32,795 bases of DNA, taken from a virus. Lineage: Duplodnaviria > Heunggongvirae > Uroviricota > Caudoviricetes. The stretch lies in IMG/VR virus record IMGVR_UViG_3300035703_000003; one strand, given 5' to 3'. Under the pieces are notes generated by a model. That model saw nothing but the letters and a program-made list of their open reading frames with translations. It had not been told where the DNA came from and made no database searches. Below, one piece after another: positions 27,982-32,795 of this stretch. A program made the translations under genes and the position numbers. How positions within the stretch are numbered: the first letter of the stretch is position 1; each line of letters starts with the position of its first letter.

Positions 27982-28383
27982 TTATTTTACATTCTCTTTA
28001 AGTTTAGCAACAAGTGCTTCAAGATCTTCGATGATCGTGTCCGTAGCGTGGAAAGTGCCGCTATAGCCCCAACCTTCTTTAACTTTCTGCTCCAGTTCAC
28101 GAGCAACAGTGTTAATGGTTTTACGCTTTTCTTCACGTGCTTGCTCTACACGGAGTTGTTCTGCGTGGCACAGGTGGGGACCATAATCGTCCTTGTAGGC
28201 GTTGCCACGACGAGTGAAGCGCATTTCTTTTTCGCCATTGTCCCACTGCACAAAGATATGACCGTGTCCGTTGATCTTGGTAACAGTGCCAAATCGAGCC
28301 ATGCTCAGCCCGCCGTAACTGCGATTGCGACGAACAATTCCAACTTCAGCACCAACCGACGTAACAAAATCACCGTATGCCAT
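27982..28383 (-). CDS. hypothetical early protein (133 aa)
   Basis: First gene after the duplicated promoter; GAGG RBS. Confidence 0.7.
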   Translation of the reverse strand: MAYGDFVTSVGAEVGIVRRNRSYGGLSMARFGTVTKINGHGHIFVQWDNGEKEMRFTRRGNAYKDDYGPHLCHAEQLRVEQAREEKRKTINTVARELEQKVKEGWGYSGTFHATDTIIEDLEALVAKLKENVK

Positions 28384-28397
28384 GGCGTGTATCCCTC

Positions 28398-28444
28398 TTC
28401 GCTGTCTACATATATAATATAGTGTAAGAGTTCTTGGTTGTCAA
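28398..28444 (-). repeat. 47-bp duplicated early promoter, copy 2
   Basis: TTGACA-accaagaactcttacac-TATATT; exactly 1500 bp from copy 1. Confidence 0.85.
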
Positions 28445-28472
28445 CCATTATAACAACAGTTGACAACTTTTT

Positions 28473-29123
28473 TTATAGATCGACGTCTACGTAATCAAGT
28501 TCGCCGATGCATTGAAACATAGTGCGACCATGCTTGTGTGCCATAGTTTTATGCCAGTGACCAAAATACCATTCGTCAGGTTGATGTGCATCAATAAAAC
28601 GATCAAACCAATTACTGGTGCGATTTGGATATACTGGACCTTTGATAAACCCGCTTCCCCAAAACATGGGATAGCTAACTTTTGCAGGGCAATCATGTGT
28701 AATCATAACACGTGGCTTAACAGTTTTGTATGTTTCAAACATTTGTTCAAACTGTTCATCTGAACATTCTTCATCAATCCACCAATCATAACCTGCAGTT
28801 CGACGATACCACCCTGGAGGTGCTGCAGGTCCGTCGATGCTCCAAGCACCGCCAATAAACATTACGTCATTTTCAACAGTGCCGTCGGTAATCCATCCAC
28901 TCATAGTCTTACACAATGCAGGGTTATCATGATTGCCACGAATAAACCGATGCCCGCCAGCTACGTGGTATGCATCAATGCTTTCGTGCCAATGATCGCC
29001 TTGTCCGAAACCAATTCCGAAGTCGCCAATTTGGATAGTTGGCCCCTCAAATTTGTCGATAGCATATGCTTTATAGTCATAGACCATGCCATGAATATCG
29101 CCGATCAGTCTTGTTAGTGTCAT
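28473..29123 (-). CDS. calcineurin-like metallophosphoesterase
   Basis: GDIHG, GDFG, RGNHD, ITHDCP, FGHWH. Confidence 0.9.
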   Translation of the reverse strand: MTLTRLIGDIHGMVYDYKAYAIDKFEGPTIQIGDFGIGFGQGDHWHESIDAYHVAGGHRFIRGNHDNPALCKTMSGWITDGTVENDVMFIGGAWSIDGPAAPPGWYRRTAGYDWWIDEECSDEQFEQMFETYKTVKPRVMITHDCPAKVSYPMFWGSGFIKGPVYPNRTSNWFDRFIDAHQPDEWYFGHWHKTMAHKHGRTMFQCIGELDYVDVDL

Positions 29124-29124
29124 T

Positions 29125-29361
29125 TTATGATCTCCTTACAGGTGTGCCAGTGTTAGGTTTGTCCGGATGCTCACGTGATGTTTTAGTTGTCTGCCAATAG
29201 CCAAACCCAGTGCCAAACTCTCCCGAGTTCCATGTTTCGATTGCCCAGTATGATTCTAACCACACTGTATAACCGTCGTCTAATTTAGCAGGCCACAGAG
29301 CAAAGTATTTTGAAACTCTAGTCTCTCCGGGTTTCGGATCTTGCCACGATTGCCAATACAT
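29125..29361 (-). CDS. hypothetical Trp-rich protein (78 aa)
   Basis: ORF in operon. Confidence 0.55.
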   Translation of the reverse strand: MYWQSWQDPKPGETRVSKYFALWPAKLDDGYTVWLESYWAIETWNSGEFGTGFGYWQTTKTSREHPDKPNTGTPVRRS

Positions 29362-29362
29362 T

Positions 29363-29521
29363 TTATTTCTTCGTTTTACCCATAAATGTCATATCGCCTG
29401 CAGCAATTGCATCATAGTTTTCAATTATAAACCAAACTACATTTTCGATTCCTTTACTTAGCAAGTAAAGACCGCCAAACAATGCAACATTAGGCAGGAC
29501 GTAGTAAATTAGAATTTCCAT
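29363..29521 (-). CDS. small membrane protein (52 aa, not in the track)
   Basis: MEILIYYVLPNVALFGGLYLLSKG...; TAATG coupling; fills the gap exactly. Confidence 0.55.
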   Translation of the reverse strand: MEILIYYVLPNVALFGGLYLLSKGIENVVWFIIENYDAIAAGDMTFMGKTKK

Positions 29522-30087
29522 TATCGGATCCTTAGTTCTTCGATGTTAACAGGAGTATAGTCGATAGCTTCAACGCTCATATTACGGTATGGGCCGTCTG
29601 GGCTTGGATTTTGGTGAATATGTCCATGAACGTTTAGGAAGGTCTTTTGGACTGTTCCTACATCACCTTCTGTATATTCGCCTTCTTCTACAAAGACTCG
29701 TAAGTTACTAGGATGAACAGGAACATGTGTTAGCAGCAAGCCAAATTCAGTCATCATACGCCACATATGAACCTTAGCAAAAAATCCACCGCTAGACAAA
29801 TACTTAATATCGTCGTGGTTTCCGACAATGAGTCTCTTTTGTCCATGTAGTTTGGGCCACAGCTTTTGGAAATACTCTTTATCTCCAAACATAACATCGC
29901 CCAGATGATAAACTTTATCTCCGGGCTTTACGGTGCTGTTCCACTTGTCTACCATAAACTCGTCCATTTCAGATACAGTCTGAAACTTAGCGCCACGGAT
30001 TAGTTCACCTGAATTACTATCAGTAAACTTTAAAATATTTGCATGGTTAAAGTGCGTATCACTAATAACCCATATGTCTTTTGTCAT
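29521..30087 (-). CDS. calcineurin-like metallophosphoesterase (second family)
   Basis: SDTHFNH, YHLGD, GNHD, LTHVP, VHGHIH. Confidence 0.9.
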   Translation of the reverse strand: MTKDIWVISDTHFNHANILKFTDSNSGELIRGAKFQTVSEMDEFMVDKWNSTVKPGDKVYHLGDVMFGDKEYFQKLWPKLHGQKRLIVGNHDDIKYLSSGGFFAKVHMWRMMTEFGLLLTHVPVHPSNLRVFVEEGEYTEGDVGTVQKTFLNVHGHIHQNPSPDGPYRNMSVEAIDYTPVNIEELRIR

Positions 30088-30112
30088 ATTATATCTCTTC
30101 TTTTACAAGTTG

Positions 30113-30141
30113 AGTTTATGTTATTAGTGATAGTTTGTCAA
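30113..30141 (-). promoter_or_regulatory. sigma70-type promoter
   Basis: TTGACA-17 nt-TAAACT. Confidence 0.6.
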
Positions 30142-30148
30142 GATAAAT

Positions 30149-30227
30149 TGGTGTCCTTGGTGGGACTCGAACCCACAAATCCTGCCGCTCTCGACGGAAG
30201 AGGTTTACCATTTTCCGTTACAAGGAC
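30149..30227 (-). tRNA. atypical tRNA-Leu(GAG)-like lacking the long variable arm
   Basis: 7-bp acceptor GTCCTTG/CAAGGAC, A73, CCA, T arm GTGGG-TTCGAGT-CCCAC, Leu-type D arm; loop TC-GAG-AG (C33); 6-nt variable region. Confidence 0.5.
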
Positions 30228-30236
30228 AAATTATAT

Positions 30237-30312
30237 TGGCGCCCCCGGCAGGAGTCGAACCCACAACCCAGGGAGTAGAAATCCCTTGCTCTTCCAGTTG
30301 AGCTACGAAGGC
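30237..30312 (-). tRNA. tRNA-Arg(TCT)
   Basis: Cloverleaf with AGGGA-TT TCT AC-TCCCT; encoded CCA. Confidence 0.92.
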
Positions 30313-30328
30313 TAAAATATTTAGGGCA

Positions 30329-30398
30329 AACCTGCTACGGGAATCGAACCCGCCTCTCCACCTGCACAGTGGTATCCTCTCCGATAGACGAAGCAGTC
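30329..30398 (-). pseudogene. degenerate tRNA-like element
   Basis: Intact T arm and Asp/Glu-type D arm, but 5-nt anticodon loop (CCACT-GTGCA-GGTGG), acceptor mismatch and no CCA. Confidence 0.55.
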
Positions 30399-30678
30399 TA
30401 CTACACAGAAGCCCGTAATTCTCCTGTAAATAGTCCCCGTTAGGTGTTCACGGCCACCTATTCAAATTCCCGGGACCCCCATTAGGGTTTTTACCCCTGC
30501 GTGATATGATCACCTTAATGATACGCCGAGGTCCCACAGCGTATGCAACGTTCTCTCTATATAAAGTGTCGACCCCTTACATAAAGATTTACAACATGTC
30601 ACGATCCCACCTTGGTTGCCGTCCAGTCGTCACTACATGCACTACACAAGTTGCCGGTCTCTCCTTATGCAGCTTTAT
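30399..30678 (-). ncRNA. candidate structured ncRNA (~280 nt) between tRNA-like elements
   Basis: No convincing ORF; several hairpins rich in G-U pairs on the minus strand (30641-30673, 30555-30586, 30521-30544, 30484-30498, 30441-30460). Confidence 0.55.
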
Positions 30679-30785
30679 TGGCGTCCTGTGTCCGATTCGA
30701 ACGGGATGAAGCACACGAGCGTTTCATTTCTCTACTTCGACATCTGAGCGATCAACCTCATAGTCAGCACCATGCCAGACAGGAC
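30679..30785 (-). tRNA. non-canonical 107-nt tRNA-like RNA (possible 9/3 fold, Ser-like)
   Basis: GTCCTGTCT/ACACAGGAC acceptor with one mismatch, CCG-TTCGAAT-CGG T arm, G73 plus CCA, small D arm, very long variable arm, 8-nt loop containing T-TGA. Confidence 0.5.
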
Positions 30786-30790
30786 ATATT

Positions 30791-30867
30791 TGGTAGGCCT
30801 GTGGGGATCGAACCCAACACTTGACGGCATCATGTCATAATGCCCGACTACACCATAGTTGCGGCCT
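30791..30867 (-). tRNA. non-canonical tRNA-like RNA (Val GAC?)
   Basis: AGGCC/GGCCT acceptor, A73 plus CCA, T loop TTCGATC, 5-bp D stem with GGT loop, 6-7-bp anticodon stem with AT-GAC-AT. Confidence 0.45.
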
Positions 30868-30874
30868 ATATAAT

Positions 30875-30950
30875 TGGCACTCCCGGAGGGACTCGAACCC
30901 CCAACAATCGCCTTCGTAGGGCGGCGCTCTTCCAGTTGAGCTACGGAAGT
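30875..30950 (-). tRNA. tRNA-Arg(ACG)
   Basis: Cloverleaf with CCGCC-CT ACG AA-GGCGA; CCA. Confidence 0.93.
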
Positions 30951-30955
30951 ATATT

Positions 30956-31030
30956 TGGTGCCCCTAGAGAGATTCGAACTCCCGACCCTTGGTTTCGAAG
31001 ACCAGAGCTCTTCCACTGAGCTACAGAGGC
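30956..31030 (-). tRNA. tRNA-Arg(TCG)
   Basis: Cloverleaf with CTGGT-CT TCG AA-ACCAA; CCA. Confidence 0.92.
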
Positions 31031-31035
31031 GTTAT

Positions 31036-31113
31036 TGGCTGTCCTAAGAGGACTCGAACCTCTCTCCATCCTGGTTAACAGCCAGGTGCCGTCACCTGGA
31101 CGACTCTAGGACA
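31036..31113 (-). tRNA. tRNA-Asn(GTT)
   Basis: CCTGG-CT GTT AA-CCAGG; G73; CCA. Confidence 0.88.
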
Positions 31114-31119
31114 ATATTC

Positions 31120-31194
31120 TGGTGTGCCGGGAGGATTTCGAAACCTCGACCTTGGGTTTAAGAGACCCCTGCTCTGCCTCTGAGCTACCGGCGC
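31120..31194 (-). tRNA. tRNA-Lys(CTT)
   Basis: GGGGT-CT CTT AA-ACCCA; A73; CCA; unusual T53.T61 in place of G-C. Confidence 0.85.
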
Positions 31195-31195
31195 A

Positions 31196-31348
31196 TTATT
31201 GATAATTGGCTTTGATTTCAAAGTGAATTGGATTTTTGTTACTACCCAACATCAAACGAGCAACTTCGATCTTATGACGAACTGCAGGGTCATCCATAAG
31301 AATTTCAATAATTGCTTCTAGTTTTGCCAATCTTTCTTCTACAGTCAT
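31196..31348 (-). CDS. small hypothetical protein (50 aa, not in the track)
   Basis: MTVEERLAKLEAIIEILMDD...; ATGA overlap with the SGNH gene. Confidence 0.55.
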   Translation of the reverse strand: MTVEERLAKLEAIIEILMDDPAVRHKIEVARLMLGSNKNPIHFEIKANYQ

Positions 31349-31737
31349 TTAAATACCTTTGCTAGTGCTTCATAGCTTTTTGTAGTAGGATGAACACCAT
31401 CTTTGCTTAACGGCAGTTGTCTAATATCAGCAACTTTATCGTTATGAATACTTGCAATAGTTAGTATATTGCTTCTCGCTTCGTCATTGTTAGCTGGCAA
31501 TATCCAAAGCACAGTGCCTTTAATTTCGCTACGTAAGTTATACAACACAGTATATTGATTGCTCATACCTAGATCGTTACTACCAAGGCTAATCACTGTT
31601 AACTTCGACTCAGGCAATGCATAAGTCTTAACATAGTTACGACTGTTAATACCTACCTTAGCTTCTACTACACAATCCAGTCTATATTGCCCTATTCCTA
31701 CTGCAATACTATCACCAATGATTAAACACTCTAACAT
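31345..31737 (-). CDS. SGNH/GDSL hydrolase
   Basis: IIGDSIA, SLGSND, DGVHP; start reassigned to MLECLIIGDS because the track's extension overlaps a tRNA-like element. Confidence 0.85.
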   Translation of the reverse strand: MLECLIIGDSIAVGIGQYRLDCVVEAKVGINSRNYVKTYALPESKLTVISLGSNDLGMSNQYTVLYNLRSEIKGTVLWILPANNDEARSNILTIASIHNDKVADIRQLPLSKDGVHPTTKSYEALAKVFK

Positions 31738-31753
31738 CTTTACTCCTATTACT

Positions 31754-31850
31754 TGGAAGATACACCGCGGAGGTATCGAAACTCTCCTACCCACCTCAAC
31801 GGCAGGCTTCCACCAAGGAAAGGGCTGGTACCAATCGCCCTCGGTGTATC
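31754..31850 (-). tRNA. non-canonical 97-nt tRNA-like RNA with a 9-bp acceptor stem
   Basis: GATACACCG/CGGTGTATC, then TTCCA; D stem AGGGC/GCCCT; TTCC-TTGGT-GGAA; 6-bp variable arm; T loop TTCGAT. Confidence 0.55.
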
Positions 31851-31860
31851 ATCAAAGTAA

Positions 31861-31936
31861 TGGTGAACCGGGTGGGGTTCGAACCCACGTCCCAAGATTA
31901 AAAGTCAAGTGCTAAAACCAACTCAGCTACCGGTCC
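31861..31936 (-). tRNA. tRNA-Lys(TTT)
   Basis: Loop CT TTT AA; A73; CCA; two T.T mismatches in the anticodon stem. Confidence 0.85.
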
Positions 31937-32076
31937 TCATTTAATTTGTTGCGTATTACTTGTTTGTCGGCTTTACGCAAAGCCTTGTTTGTTTTACCGT
32001 GCGGTCCAGAACGCTTGGTAACCAAATGTTGAACAAATGGATTACGTTCTTTAGGCACTTTAGGTTTTCGTTTCAT
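31927..32076 (-). CDS. small basic protein (49 aa); stop codon lies inside tRNA-Lys(TTT)
   Basis: MKRKPKVPKERNPFVQHLVTKRSGPHGKTNKALRK...; GAGG RBS 7 nt upstream. Confidence 0.6.
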   Translation of the reverse strand: MKRKPKVPKERNPFVQHLVTKRSGPHGKTNKALRKADKQVIRNKLNEDR

Positions 32077-32206
32077 TTCGTTTCCTCAATCCGTTTATAT
32101 ACCGTCTCATATAGTCTGTTGGTTCAGGTGCTTCTTTGCACAACTCATCTATACGTTCAAGTTCTTCCTTTGTCAATAGTATTCGTTCTTCAGGGTCTAA
32201 CTTCAT
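32060..32206 (-). CDS. small hypothetical protein (48 aa)
   Basis: MKLDPEERILLTKEELERIDELCKEAPEPTDYMRR...; TAATG coupling. Confidence 0.5.
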   Translation of the reverse strand: MKLDPEERILLTKEELERIDELCKEAPEPTDYMRRYINGLRKRNETKT

Positions 32207-32343
32207 TACTCACTCATAATTGCTAGCAAAACAGCATGATTGATTGCTGACCGCATGGGATCATAGTTAACTACCATCCCAACCATAACAACTGCAAGTG
32301 CAGTATTAAGAGTAAGTGCAAAAAACTTCGTAACGTCCGACAT
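32206..32343 (-). CDS. small membrane protein (45 aa)
   Basis: MSDVTKFFALTLNTALAVVMVGMVV...; TAATG coupling at both ends. Confidence 0.55.
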   Translation of the reverse strand: MSDVTKFFALTLNTALAVVMVGMVVNYDPMRSAINHAVLLAIMSE

Positions 32344-32699
32344 TATGCAGTCTCCAATTCAGTAAACCCGACCATCGAAACTTTGTAAGTCTTGCCGTTA
32401 AGCACCATACGGTCAAACATGCTAGTGCTACGGAGACCCATACCGCCTTTATGCAGCGGACGCAGAACAGTCACGTCGTTGTTGTAGTCGCCGTTTTCAA
32501 ACATAGTGCCATCACGCAGTGTCATATCTCGCAGCTTGATGCTCCACGAGCCTGAAATGTTATTGGTCCAGCGATAAGCATATTCAAGTGCTTCGTTAGT
32601 GTCTTCAGTGTGCCAAACATTAACTTCAGCAACATCCTCAAACCCAAGAACCGCACCAGTGTCACGGTCTTGATTGATGTGTTGGACGATAACTTTCAT
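32343..32699 (-). CDS. hypothetical early protein (118 aa)
   Basis: Start reassigned to MKVIVQ after a GGAG RBS; promoter upstream. Confidence 0.7.
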   Translation of the reverse strand: MKVIVQHINQDRDTGAVLGFEDVAEVNVWHTEDTNEALEYAYRWTNNISGSWSIKLRDMTLRDGTMFENGDYNNDVTVLRPLHKGGMGLRSTSMFDRMVLNGKTYKVSMVGFTELETA

Positions 32700-32731
32700 T
32701 GTTGTCTCCGTTGTTCTCAACTTACATATAC

Positions 32732-32760
32732 ACACTACATTCAAGACATCTTGGAGTCAA
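32732..32760 (-). promoter_or_regulatory. sigma70-type early promoter heading the tRNA region
   Basis: TTGACT-17 nt-TAGTGT; spacer begins with CCAAGA, as in the duplicated promoters. Confidence 0.65.
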
Positions 32761-32795
32761 CAACTATTTTGTCTTTTTTTTAATTTTTTTGGTCC

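Noticed and set aside
30654-30665. AGGAGAGACCGG resembles RNase P CR-I (AGGAAAGTCCGG), and a 3' ACGGGCTT resembles CR-V
   Set aside because: No room for P2/P3 before it, the P4 pairing is imperfect, and CR-II/III/IV are not recognisable. Not called RNase P; an Rfam search should settle it.
30399-30785. Possible (permuted) tmRNA
   Set aside because: No Ala acceptor identity (GGGG...TCCACCA, G3.U70) and no convincing tag ORF.
31754-31850. tRNA-Sec
   Set aside because: Architecture is Sec-like, but the loop has no TCA and the discriminator is not G.
287-31915. Many plus-strand and nested ORFs in the track (e.g. 287-529, 1801-1998, 4250-4441, 8159-8464, 9497-9931, 17879-18217, 27781-28422, 30043-30315, 30612-31016, 31718-31915)
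   Set aside because: They lie antisense to, or out of frame within, well-supported genes or tRNAs, and have no RBS or recognisable motifs; shadow ORFs.
1-32795. CRISPR array, IS/integrase, or stop-codon reassignment
   Set aside because: No regularly spaced repeats, no transposase or integrase motifs, and conserved genes are full length in the standard code with no suppressor anticodon found.

Overview
About 33 kb of a large (jumbo-type) T4-like tailed phage genome. Nearly all genes are on the minus strand, in standard genetic code, with no sign of introns or inteins. In + coordinates the window holds: (1) a partial P-loop kinase and small genes; (2) a baseplate-region protein and a PAAR gene followed by Sm-like, glutaredoxin, nrdB and nrdA; (3) a late block of tail/head-associated and hypothetical proteins with T4-type TAAATA late promoters, ending in an operon for a PolX-like nucleotidyltransferase and an RNA-ligase-like (KWDG) protein; (4) a replication block (gp41/DnaB-like helicase, primase, a 185-aa minimal DnaE-like polymerase, gp62-like clamp-loader subunit, UvsW-like helicase, PhyH-like dioxygenase); (5) sigma70-driven early accessory genes (AAA ATPase, Pth2-like, two metallophosphoesterases); (6) a tRNA region with six near-canonical tRNAs (Arg TCT/ACG/TCG, Asn GTT, Lys CTT/TTT), five non-canonical tRNA-like elements and a ~280-nt structured non-coding segment. 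Best leads: the NTase + ligase-like operon with capsid-targeting-like N-termini, the non-canonical tRNA/ncRNA cluster, and the mini-DnaE. All family calls come from manual motif recognition; no database searches or folding programs were run. The host cannot be determined from this window.
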